A stretch of 61,547 nucleotides of DNA, the filler included. It is 6 parts of 6 records of this genome, joined end to end, with 100 filler letters (N's around TTAATTAATTAA, not from the genome) between each part and the next. Parts side by side here need not be neighbours in the genome. Positions count along the whole stretch, not along the records: positions 1 to 14,234 come from SRR2962707_5514; 5 more parts are not named here. The stretch is one strand, 5' to 3'. Below the pieces are notes generated by a model. It saw only the letters and a list, made by a program, of their open reading frames with translations. It did not search any database and was not told where the DNA came from. Positions 1 to 8,808 of this stretch are shown piece after piece. Positions within the stretch are counted from its first letter, which is position 1, and the number at the start of each line of letters is the position of its first letter. The position numbers and the translations under genes were made by a program.

Positions 1-498
1 GAACTTGCGCGGCAGGAACGAGAATTCCGGGTGGAAAGTCGACCACTGGCGGATGATTTCCGAGACGATGCGCGGGTCTTCGAGTTCGCCCTTCGCGGCG
101 CCCGCATACTGGTCGGACGTCACGTTGCGGATGCAGTTGCCCGACGTCTGGATGCAGTGCATCTCGACGGAAGCGAGGTCTTTCAGAATATCGGGAACGT
201 CCTTCAACGCCGGCCAGTGGAACTGTAGGTTCTGGCGCGTCGTGAAGTGGCCGTAGCCGCGGTCGTATTTGCGGCCGATATGCCCGAGCATGCGCATCTG
301 CTTCGACGACAGCGTGCCGTAGGGAACGGCAATGCGGAGCATGTAGGCATGGAGCTGCAGATAGACGCCATTCATCAGGCGCAGCGGCTTGAACTCGTCT
401 TCGGTCAGTTCGCCGGACAGGCGGCGAGCGACCTGGCCGCTGAACTGCGCAACGCGCTCATTAACAAGTTGATGGTCGAATTCGTCGTAACGATACAT
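1..498 (-). CDS. cysI: Nitrite/sulfite reductase hemoprotein (CysI-like), 5' part; runs off the window start
   Basis: Not in the ORF track. Manual translation from the ATG at 498 gives MYRYDEFDHQLV...YMLRIAVPYG...GHFTTRQNLQ...TSGNCIRN...LPRKF, the alphaproteobacterial sulfite reductase motifs. Confidence 0.9.
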   Translation of the reverse strand, partial: MYRYDEFDHQLVNERVAQFSGQVARRLSGELTEDEFKPLRLMNGVYLQLHAYMLRIAVPYGTLSSKQMRMLGHIGRKYDRGYGHFTTRQNLQFHWPALKDVPDILKDLASVEMHCIQTSGNCIRNVTSDQYAGAAKGELEDPRIVSEIIRQWSTFHPEFSFLPRKF

Positions 499-533
499 GG
501 GCCGTGCCTTTGCCTCTTTCCTGCGTCCACGCG

Positions 534-869
534 TCAGCTATGGACGCTGGGCAGTTCCGCCTGTTTGCCGAGGTCGAGCCTGACCGTCGGGCCGGCCTGC
601 CGAATGGTTTCGCGCACGCTCGCCGCGCGGATATCGCCGCCCTCTTTCGCGACTTCGAAAAGATAGGGCTCGACCACCGTATTGTTCGCAACCGAAGGCT
701 CCGAGCGGGCGAGAAGGGCGTCTGCCGTTTCCTTGCCTTCCGCTACCTCGGCCTCCTGAAGCGACTCCGACCAGCTGTCACCGGCGGTCAGATAGACGAC
801 GATGCCGTCGCTCAGCCGGTTGGCGGTCAGCGCCTGAAACTGGGCACCCTTGCGGGAATGCTGGGCCAT
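534..869 (-). CDS. DUF2849 family protein
   Basis: LTANRLSDGIVVYL...RETIRQAGPTV motifs; this family typically lies directly upstream of cysI. Confidence 0.85.
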   Translation of the reverse strand: MAQHSRKGAQFQALTANRLSDGIVVYLTAGDSWSESLQEAEVAEGKETADALLARSEPSVANNTVVEPYLFEVAKEGGDIRAASVRETIRQAGPTVRLDLGKQAELPSVHS

Positions 870-1096
870 GGGAACTGTCCTCGATTTAACTGTTACGCCC
901 GGTCATACAGCGCTTTTCCGGGCAAAGCGAGCAGCCGCCCGGGAGAAGGGTCGGAGAAAGAAAGGCCGGGGTATTTGCCACACAAGATGGGTTCTTTCCG
1001 AAAGATCGTCAATAGTTGTGTGAAAATAGATATATAACGAAATAATTTTGTTTAATATGGAATTTTCAGAGGAAGTCAGCCGGATTTGGCGGGTTT

Positions 1097-1903
1097 TCAG
1101 CCTTCCCGGCGGACCGCGCTTTCGTGCCAGCGGCCGAGAAGACGGCTCTCCAGAAGCGTGAGCACGAAGAAAATCGCGATGCCGAGCGAGGACAACAGGA
1201 AAAGCGCGGCGAACATGCGCGGGATGTCGAGCCTGTTGCCCGCTTCGACGATCCGCCAGGCAAGGCCGGTGGCGGCGCCCGAACCGGCGACGAATTCGGC
1301 GACGACAGCGCCGATCAGCGCAAGGCCGCCTGAAATCTTCATGCCCGCGAGAATGTAGGGCAACGCCGAGGGCAGTTGCAGCTCGGTCAGCACCTGCCAG
1401 CGGCTCGCGCCGTAAAGCCGGAAGAGGTCGCGCAGATTGTGGTCCGCCGAGCGCAGGCCCAGCGTCGTGTTGGAGAGGATCGGGAAGAAGGCGGCGACCC
1501 AGGCCAGGATCAGCAGCGCGAGTTCGACCCGGTCATAGCCGACCCAGATGAGAATGAGCGGTGCGATGGACACGATGGGCGTGACTTGCAGGACGACGGC
1601 ATAGGGGAAGAAGGCCATCTCCACATGGCGGCTTTGAGAGAAGAGGATCGCAAGACCAACGCCGCCGACAACCGCGAGCAGGAAGGCGGCGATGGTGACG
1701 CGGAGCGTGACCCAGAGCGAACCCATCAGCGAACCGAAATTGGCGGCAAGGCTTTCCGCGATGAGCGAAGGCGCGGGCAGCACGAAGGGCCTTATGCCGC
1801 TCGCCCGCACCAGCACCTCCCAGAGAACGAGAAAGACGATGCCAACCGTGACGGGCACGAGAATGCGCAGCGCGCGCGAGAGGAATGTCTCGTCGCGGTT
1901 CAT
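1097..1903 (-). CDS. ABC transporter permease (NitT/TauT/SsuC type)
   Basis: Hydrophobic; LPAPS and LQLPSALP..AG...AVVAEF motifs; 4-bp overlap with the ATPase gene. Confidence 0.9.
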   Translation of the reverse strand: MNRDETFLSRALRILVPVTVGIVFLVLWEVLVRASGIRPFVLPAPSLIAESLAANFGSLMGSLWVTLRVTIAAFLLAVVGGVGLAILFSQSRHVEMAFFPYAVVLQVTPIVSIAPLILIWVGYDRVELALLILAWVAAFFPILSNTTLGLRSADHNLRDLFRLYGASRWQVLTELQLPSALPYILAGMKISGGLALIGAVVAEFVAGSGAATGLAWRIVEAGNRLDIPRMFAALFLLSSLGIAIFFVLTLLESRLLGRWHESAVRREG

Positions 1904-2667
1904 GACGCCGCCCCCTCGCGCAAGGCCGCGCTGACGGCGGCGCAGGTGTCCATATAGGTTCGCGACTCGCGGAACGCGCGGCCACGGGGGTAGGGCGCAT
2001 CGACCGCGATGTCGGCGAGAATGCGGCCCGGCCGCGCGCCCATGACGAGGATGCGTTCCGAAAGATAGACGGATTCATAAATGCTGTGGGTCACGAAAAC
2101 CGTGGTGAAACGCTGCTCCTGCCAAAGCGCGAGCAGATCGTCGTCGAGGTTCTCGCGCGTGAATTCGTCGAGCGCGGCGAAAGGCTCGTCCATGAGAAGC
2201 ACGGGCGGCTCGGTAACGAGCGCGCGCGCGATCGACACGCGCATCTTCATGCCGCCGGAAAGCTCGCGGGGAAAGGCGTTCGCAAAATCGGCAAGCCCGA
2301 CGCGCACAAGCGACGCCTCAATGCGCGGCCAGGCCGCTTCTTTCGATATCCCGGCAAGCTTCAGCGGCAGCCAGACATTCTCCGCGACGCGCGCCCATGG
2401 CATCAGCGTCGCATCCTGAAAGACGAAACCGATATCGGACGGGCGCTCGCCGGTGGCGGGCCATGAAAGCGTGCCTGCGTCCGCCGCGATCAGCCCGGCA
2501 ACGATCCGCAGCAGCGTGCTCTTGCCGCACCCGGACGGACCCACCAGCGAAACGAAACCGCCCTTGCGGATTTCAGCATCGACACCGTCGAGCGCGACCG
2601 TGCCGCTGCCATAGGTTTTGCCGATGCCGGTGAGGTCGATGAGAGAGGCTGCACCAGACGAAGACAT
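1900..2667 (-). CDS. ABC transporter ATP-binding protein (NitT/TauT type)
   Basis: GPSGCGKST, LSGGM, LLMDEPF, VTH motifs; start at 2667 or 2688. Confidence 0.92.
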   Translation of the reverse strand: MSSSGAASLIDLTGIGKTYGSGTVALDGVDAEIRKGGFVSLVGPSGCGKSTLLRIVAGLIAADAGTLSWPATGERPSDIGFVFQDATLMPWARVAENVWLPLKLAGISKEAAWPRIEASLVRVGLADFANAFPRELSGGMKMRVSIARALVTEPPVLLMDEPFAALDEFTRENLDDDLLALWQEQRFTTVFVTHSIYESVYLSERILVMGARPGRILADIAVDAPYPRGRAFRESRTYMDTCAAVSAALREGAAS

Positions 2668-2675
2668 TAGCTGGA

Positions 2676-4520
2676 CTACTCGGGACATGGCGGCGTTTCG
2701 AGCCGGGGTGCAAATTCGTATTGAACGCCACCGACTACCAGATCACGGCCGATATGGGGATTTGACTGTGCAAAAGAAATGCTACCTTCACTCAATTTAT
2801 CCGCAAACCCGTCGCAATAAAGTCCTGACAACGGCGTTCTCCAACTGCCGATCTGAGTCCATGATCCGTCCCCAGACTGCGCATAGACAACCGGTGAAAA
2901 AGATCTGTCAGGCCAGAGAATGATCTCATTCTTGCCGTTGCCAGTTGCATCTGCGAGGAACGCTATACATTTCTGGGCCGCCAGATGACATTGACTGACA
3001 TGGTAATCCGACTCATTAGCTTGGCTCGGGAATGAGTCCGGCAGGGTTGCGCCTTCGGGAAGAATGGAAATTCCGTCCAGTTCCCGAACTGCGGAGCGCT
3101 TCTCCCAGCCGTCGTAACGGTTCTTCATCTCCAGTGCCTTTTCGGCGGCCGCCTGTGTTTCTTCGGTGCTTCCTTCTGCCGCAAGCGTCTCCAGTGCGTT
3201 CTTTCCGAATCGGCCGCTGTCCCAGCGCAGGGCAACAAAATCAAATTCGTCCGGTTTGACGGAGCCAGAGGTAAGCTGCGCCATCTGGCTATTGACGCCG
3301 ATCCGCTGTGGATCGGCAATCGGGCTGAAGATCGCCACGAATACAGCCAGCACGACGAGAGCCGCAGCGAAGTTCCAGCGCTCGATCGTTTTCATCCATT
3401 GGCCGGGACGAAGCACCGCGATGACATAGCCGATCGCATAAAAGGCGATGGTGAAAATGATTGCGGCCGCAATGACGCGGTCGGCTGTCCAGCCATATTG
3501 GTCGATCCGCAGGCCTGTCGCATAACCGGCAAGGATGGTGAGCGGCAGCATGAGGATCGCCGCCACCATTCCTGCGAGCCGCAAGGCAAGCGGTGGCTCG
3601 CGCTCTCCGGAACCATCCTGATAGACCGCGTTGACGAGCACGAGTGATGCTGTGGCCGACAGGACCAGCAGCACCGTCGCATTTCGGGTTGCCCAGAGCG
3701 GTTCGAGCCCGGTAAACGCGAGGGCGACGAGAAAGCCCGCAAGAATCAATGCCAGCACGGGCAGCAGCCACGAGAAGAGCGTGAGGACAAGCGTCCGCGC
3801 CCCGCGCACGAGAACGGCGCTCACATCTGTCAGATGAATGGCGATTGCCGCAGTAAGTGCCGTTGCCGGAATCCAGAACCAGCCCTTTTCGATGAGCATC
3901 TCAAGGAAGGTCAGCCCGAGCAGCTGGAATAGCGATGAGCCGAGGAAGAGGAGGAGCCAGAACACGCCGACAAAGGCGAAGGAGAGTGCAAGTTGAATGG
4001 CCTGAACCCATGCAATGTCGAAATGCGTTGGGTAATGCGCAAAGAAACGCTTGTCAGCATCGCCGCTTCTGACCAGCGCATGGGCGACAAAGATCGCGGC
4101 GGCGAGGAATATCAGAAATGATATCGACGGAAGTACCTGCGGCTGCCACGCCGCATTTTTATTGTCGATACGCATGCCGCCATTTTCCGTCTCGACCTTC
4201 GGCGTAACCCAGATCTCCGGCCAGGCGCGCCAGTTGTCGTAGAGTGCCAGCGCGCCGATGATGACGATGGCGGCAGCAACCCACTTCGCGAAAATGCGTG
4301 AGCTCAGATTGCCGTAGCTCTGGATCGCGATAAGCGGAACAAAAAGCGCAATCGCAAGCACCGGCGTGAATATGGCGCCAGTGCGGCCGGGCCAGATGCC
4401 GTTCTCATATGAGTAGTAGAGCGCATAGAGAACAAACCCCTGGAAGAGCCCGATCGCGAGGCGGACGAAAAAACGATTGCGCACTTCAGGAGACGGAAAC
4501 TCGCTCGAGAGTTCGGACAT
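2676..4520 (-). CDS. DUF4153-like multi-pass membrane protein
   Basis: 614 aa with many hydrophobic segments, RIDQYGWTADR motif and a soluble C-terminal domain; GAGAGG RBS. Confidence 0.7.
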   Translation of the reverse strand: MSELSSEFPSPEVRNRFFVRLAIGLFQGFVLYALYYSYENGIWPGRTGAIFTPVLAIALFVPLIAIQSYGNLSSRIFAKWVAAAIVIIGALALYDNWRAWPEIWVTPKVETENGGMRIDNKNAAWQPQVLPSISFLIFLAAAIFVAHALVRSGDADKRFFAHYPTHFDIAWVQAIQLALSFAFVGVFWLLLFLGSSLFQLLGLTFLEMLIEKGWFWIPATALTAAIAIHLTDVSAVLVRGARTLVLTLFSWLLPVLALILAGFLVALAFTGLEPLWATRNATVLLVLSATASLVLVNAVYQDGSGEREPPLALRLAGMVAAILMLPLTILAGYATGLRIDQYGWTADRVIAAAIIFTIAFYAIGYVIAVLRPGQWMKTIERWNFAAALVVLAVFVAIFSPIADPQRIGVNSQMAQLTSGSVKPDEFDFVALRWDSGRFGKNALETLAAEGSTEETQAAAEKALEMKNRYDGWEKRSAVRELDGISILPEGATLPDSFPSQANESDYHVSQCHLAAQKCIAFLADATGNGKNEIILWPDRSFSPVVYAQSGDGSWTQIGSWRTPLSGLYCDGFADKLSEGSISFAQSNPHIGRDLVVGGVQYEFAPRLETPPCPE

Positions 4521-4538
4521 GTTTTCCTCTCGCAGGGG

Positions 4539-5579
4539 TTATTCCCCCGTCAGTTCCTTCTTGAGGTCGACGCCGACGCCCTGGTTCACGAATTCGAGCG
4601 TGTAGGCGGAATGGACGCTGAGGTCTTCGTCATAGACGCCTGCTTCGACCATCTCGTCGTAGAAGGCCTGCCAGCGCTCATCGGTCATCGCGCCGACGCC
4701 TTGTTCAAGCGCCTCGCCGGAATCGACGATGCCGTTTTCCTTCATGAGCCGGATCGCGTTCGCGATCACTTCGTCGGTCATTTCCGGGTTGTCGCGTTTG
4801 ATGAGCTCGTTCGCGGGCGAGGGATCGCCATAGATGTAGCTGACCCAGCCCTTGATGCTCGCATCGACAAAGGCCTGCACGACTTCCGGCTGCTCCGCGA
4901 TCATGCGGTCGCTTGCGAGAATGAAGGCGGCGTAGCCCGGATAGCCGTAGTCGGAGAGAAGGAAGACCTGCGGCTCGACGCCCTGCTGGCGGATCATGTA
5001 GGGCTCGGAGGAGAGGTAGCCCTGCTGGATTGCCTTCTCGTCGGTCAGGAAGGGCGCGAGGTTAAAGGTGTATTTGCGGATCTGCGTGTCTGCAAAACCG
5101 TATTTCGATTTCAGCCACTGCCAGAAGGCGCTGACCGTCGCGTCCGACACCATGATGGGCTTGCCCTTCATGTCGGCGAGCGACTTCACGTCGTCGCGCG
5201 GATGCGTAATGAAGACTTGCGGGTCTTTCTGGAAAGACGCCATGACGGCTTTCGCGCCCGCGCCCGCATCGGCGATGTTGAGCGGAATGAAGCTGTTGGA
5301 GCCGAGGCCGAACTCGACCGAGTGGGCGCCGAGAAGCTGCGGCACATTGATGCCGGGGCCACCCTGCAGGATTTCGACGTCGAGCCCTGCTTCCTCATAG
5401 TAGCCAAGCGCGAGCGCCTGATAGAAGCCGCCATGCTCGGCCTGCGCCTTCCAGTCGGTCGCAAAAGTGACATGAGCGAGATCGCCCGATTGCCTGCGCC
5501 CCGGCTCGAGAACGAGCACGATAGCGACGGCAACGAGGATAGCGGCCGCGATGCAGCCGAGAATGAGATTGCGGTTCAT
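4539..5579 (-). CDS. ABC substrate-binding protein, NMT1/THI5-like
   Basis: TDWKAQAEHGGFYQA...GYYEEAGLDV..GGP motif; N-terminal hydrophobic anchor. Confidence 0.9.
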   Translation of the reverse strand: MNRNLILGCIAAAILVAVAIVLVLEPGRRQSGDLAHVTFATDWKAQAEHGGFYQALALGYYEEAGLDVEILQGGPGINVPQLLGAHSVEFGLGSNSFIPLNIADAGAGAKAVMASFQKDPQVFITHPRDDVKSLADMKGKPIMVSDATVSAFWQWLKSKYGFADTQIRKYTFNLAPFLTDEKAIQQGYLSSEPYMIRQQGVEPQVFLLSDYGYPGYAAFILASDRMIAEQPEVVQAFVDASIKGWVSYIYGDPSPANELIKRDNPEMTDEVIANAIRLMKENGIVDSGEALEQGVGAMTDERWQAFYDEMVEAGVYDEDLSVHSAYTLEFVNQGVGVDLKKELTGE

Positions 5580-5668
5580 CGAAGACTTCCCCGATTGGCG
5601 CGGCGCCCCGCGCGATGGCGGAGGGATCGTATCAGCGCCCGGAGACGAGTGCTACAGCGGGCGAGCCG

Positions 5669-6190
5669 TCAAAGCGGCTCGCAATTGGCCTGACGGCGGA
5701 GCGCGTCGATCTCGACAACCTGGTCTTCCGAGGTGATGAGCGAGCGGAAAAGCACGATGCCCCGTGCGCTCGGCACGACCACAACGGGAATGCCCTTCGG
5801 GGTGGCGGCGTTGTCGCTGGCGGCGAGGATGATCTCGATATTGCCGCCCTTCACCTGACGGTCATTGACGACGAAAAAATTGTCCGTGTTGGAGGCAAAG
5901 GTCGACAGCGACCAGTAGGTGTCGGGAACGGGCGAAGTGAGCTTCACGGGCTGGGCGCTCACATCGTAGACGCATGCCGTGTAGAGAAGGTCCGGACTTG
6001 GGCGGACGATGCCGCGCGCCGAAGCGCTCGGGCGGTCTGGATAGATCGCCTTGTTGACGCCACCGGCTTGCGAGGAAATGCCGGCCATGGCGCGGTTCAT
6101 GATGCCGTAGGGCAACCCGAATATCGTAAGGATGTGAAACACGGCCGCGAGCGCGATGGTGCCAGCGACCCACATGGGCCAGGTTTTCAT
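5669..6190 (-). CDS. DUF1254 domain protein
   Basis: VRPSPDLLY..C.YD, YWSLS..N.DNF motifs; ATGA overlap with the upstream gene. Confidence 0.75.
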   Translation of the reverse strand: MKTWPMWVAGTIALAAVFHILTIFGLPYGIMNRAMAGISSQAGGVNKAIYPDRPSASARGIVRPSPDLLYTACVYDVSAQPVKLTSPVPDTYWSLSTFASNTDNFFVVNDRQVKGGNIEIILAASDNAATPKGIPVVVVPSARGIVLFRSLITSEDQVVEIDALRRQANCEPL

Positions 6191-6774
6191 GAAGGGCATG
6201 CCTCCTTGGCAATCTGCGGCAAGACGATCCCGCCGGGATCGAGCGCCGCACTCTCATCCGGATTGTAGAGCCGGAGAGTAAGGGTGAATGTGTCGCCGGT
6301 TTGACCATCGCCGGAGGGAATCCAGTTTCCGTCCGTCTCTTCCGGGCCTACGGCGATGACGAAGCTGCCATCTTCCCCGGACACCACCGTTTCGCCGCCA
6401 TAGGAATAGCGGTCTTGCGGATTTGGAACGAGATAATGGTCTTCGCCATAGAGCGTGATGCTCCACCAACGCGCGGGCAGGTTGGAACCGGTGACTTTGT
6501 AGGTGCAGGAGACATGCAGAGCATCGCCGGCATCGTCATCCGCTGCCGTGAAATAGATCGTCTCGCTGCGGTTGAGAGCGAGGAGGCCCCCGATGGCCAC
6601 TCGCGCGCGCGTATAGGGATCGGCTTGCGCGCTTCCGATGTTGGTGCTGGTTTTCCATGGGCCGATGGCAACTTCGCCACCGAGACCGCCAGCGCGAAGG
6701 AACAGCATTGCCGATCCCGCGCCAAGCGCAAGAGCAACGACAAGAGCCGCCACGAGCTTAAGGGCCAGCTTCAA
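6187..6774 (-). CDS. DUF1214 domain protein
   Basis: PY.RA.VA..GL.AL..SE.IY, ARWWSITLY, NWIP, LRLY.P motifs; probable TTG start at 6774 after a G-rich RBS. Confidence 0.8.
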   Translation of the reverse strand: MKLALKLVAALVVALALGAGSAMLFLRAGGLGGEVAIGPWKTSTNIGSAQADPYTRARVAIGGLLALNRSETIYFTAADDDAGDALHVSCTYKVTGSNLPARWWSITLYGEDHYLVPNPQDRYSYGGETVVSGEDGSFVIAVGPEETDGNWIPSGDGQTGDTFTLTLRLYNPDESAALDPGGIVLPQIAKEACPS

Positions 6775-6936
6775 ATTCCCCCCTGCAGGTCCTGTCGGAC
6801 CCAAGGTTCCATCGGCGTGCCGCCCCGCCACACCCCCGCGCGCGAATCGGCACGGGAAACATCCAACCGTGCCGCAGCGGAACAGTCAAAGGGATAATGG
6901 GTGCGTAGTTAATGGCGGGCGGGAACCCGGCGCGGA

Positions 6937-8736
6937 TTAGCTGCCTTCGAGCTCTTCCCGCTTCATTTCAAGCTCCAGCCATCGTTCTTCGGCGGATGAA
7001 AGTTCCGCTTTCAATGCATCGTGGCGCGTCATGGTCTTGTGGAAAAGATCGGCGTCGCGGGCATAGAGATCGGGATCCGCGAGCGTTTTCTCGAGTTCCA
7101 GAATCTCCGTTGCAAGTTGCGGCATACGCGACTGAAGTTCGTCGAGCGCGCGGGCATCCTTGTAGCTGAGCTTGGTCTGCGTTTTGGCGCGGTCGGATTT
7201 CGGCGCGGCGGCGGAAGCCTGCTTCTGCGCCGGTGCGGCACTTTCCTTGCGCTGCCTCTGAAAGTCGGAATAGCCGCCCGGATATTCTTCCGCGTGGCCC
7301 TCGCCATCGAGCGCGACAACCGAGGTGACGACGCGGTCGAGAAAATCCCGGTCATGGCTCACCAGCAGAACCGTGCCGTCATAATCCGCCAGGACTTCCT
7401 GCAGAAGATCGAGCGTATCCATGTCGAGATCGTTGGTCGGCTCGTCGAGCACGAGAAGGTTCGACGGCTTGGCGAGCGCGCGGGCGAGGAGCAGGCGGCA
7501 TTGTTCGCCGCCGGAAAGCGCCTTCACGGGTTGGCGCGCCTGCGACTCGCGGAAGAGGAAATCGCGCAGATAAGAAACGACGTGGCGCGGATGCCCGCGC
7601 ACCATCACCTGGTCGCCCCCGCCTTCGCACAGCGTTTCCCAAAGGCTCGCCTCCGGATTGAGCGAGGCGCGCGACTGGTCGATATAGACGGGCGTGAGGT
7701 TCGTGCCGAGGCGAACACTGCCGCTGTCGGGCGCGAGGGTGCCCATGAGAATTTTCAGAAGTGTCGTCTTGCCAGCGCCGTTCGGACCGATGAAGCCGAT
7801 CTTGTCGCCCCGCATGATGCGCGTCGAGAAATCACGGACCGCGACGCGCTCCGATCCGTCCGGCTGGGGCCAGACCTTGGCGATGTTCTTGGCTTCAACG
7901 ACGAGCGAGCCGGAAGCCTGCCCGGTTTCGGCGGCAAGATCGATGCGTCCGGTCTGCTGCACGCGGTTCGCGCGTTCGGCGCGCAACGTGCCGAGACGGC
8001 GAAGACGCCCCTGATTGCGTGTGCGCCGTGCCGAGATGCCCTCGCGCGACCATTGCGTTTCCTGCGCGATGAGCCGGTCGAGCTTGTGTGCGGTGATTTC
8101 CTCTTCCGCCAGGATTTTCTCCGACCATTCCTCGAAGGCGCCGAAGCCCTTGTCGAGGCGGCGGACGATGCCGCGGTCGAGCCAGAGGCAACCGGCAGCG
8201 AGACGGCGAAGGAAGGCGCGGTCATGGCTGATGAGGACGAAGGCGCCGCGGAATTGCGAGAGACGGTCTTCCAGCCATTCGATGGAGGGCAGATCGAGAT
8301 GGTTGGTCGGCTCGTCGAGAAGGATGATGTCGGGTTCTTCCGCGAGCACGCGGGCAAGCGCCGCCTTGCGGCCTTCGCCACCGGAAAGCGTCGCGGGATT
8401 GGCCGACGGAGAGAGCTTCAACTCGCCGAGAGCCGCCTCCGCCTTGTGTTCTTCCGCGCCGCCCGCCATCGCATAGTCGATGACGCGCGTGGCGCCGCCA
8501 AAATTGGGGACTTGTTCGAGATAGGCAACGCGCGTTCCCGGCTGACGGAAGACCTCGCCGCCATCGGGCTCGGAAAGCGCTGCGGCGATTCTGAGCAGGG
8601 TGGATTTGCCGCTGCCGTTTCGCCCGACAAGGCACAGCCGGTCGCCCGGCGCGAGCGCGAAACTCGCGCCCGAAACCAGAACCTGATCCGCGAAAACGAC
8701 GCGAATATCGCGAAGGGCAAGAAGCGGTGCGGCCAA
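6937..8736 (-). CDS. uup: ABC-F family ATPase (Uup-like)
   Basis: Two ABC cassettes (GRNGSGKST, GPNGAGKTT, DEPTN twice), no TM segments, C-terminal KLSYK...ERWLELE domain. Confidence 0.85.
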   Translation of the reverse strand: MAAPLLALRDIRVVFADQVLVSGASFALAPGDRLCLVGRNGSGKSTLLRIAAALSEPDGGEVFRQPGTRVAYLEQVPNFGGATRVIDYAMAGGAEEHKAEAALGELKLSPSANPATLSGGEGRKAALARVLAEEPDIILLDEPTNHLDLPSIEWLEDRLSQFRGAFVLISHDRAFLRRLAAGCLWLDRGIVRRLDKGFGAFEEWSEKILAEEEITAHKLDRLIAQETQWSREGISARRTRNQGRLRRLGTLRAERANRVQQTGRIDLAAETGQASGSLVVEAKNIAKVWPQPDGSERVAVRDFSTRIMRGDKIGFIGPNGAGKTTLLKILMGTLAPDSGSVRLGTNLTPVYIDQSRASLNPEASLWETLCEGGGDQVMVRGHPRHVVSYLRDFLFRESQARQPVKALSGGEQCRLLLARALAKPSNLLVLDEPTNDLDMDTLDLLQEVLADYDGTVLLVSHDRDFLDRVVTSVVALDGEGHAEEYPGGYSDFQRQRKESAAPAQKQASAAAPKSDRAKTQTKLSYKDARALDELQSRMPQLATEILELEKTLADPDLYARDADLFHKTMTRHDALKAELSSAEERWLELEMKREELEGS

Positions 8737-8808
8737 TGTCGGAAAACCCGGTTGATCTGGCCGCCTGTATGGCGCATCGCGAAGGGCGACGCAAATCCCG
8801 GCGTGACC

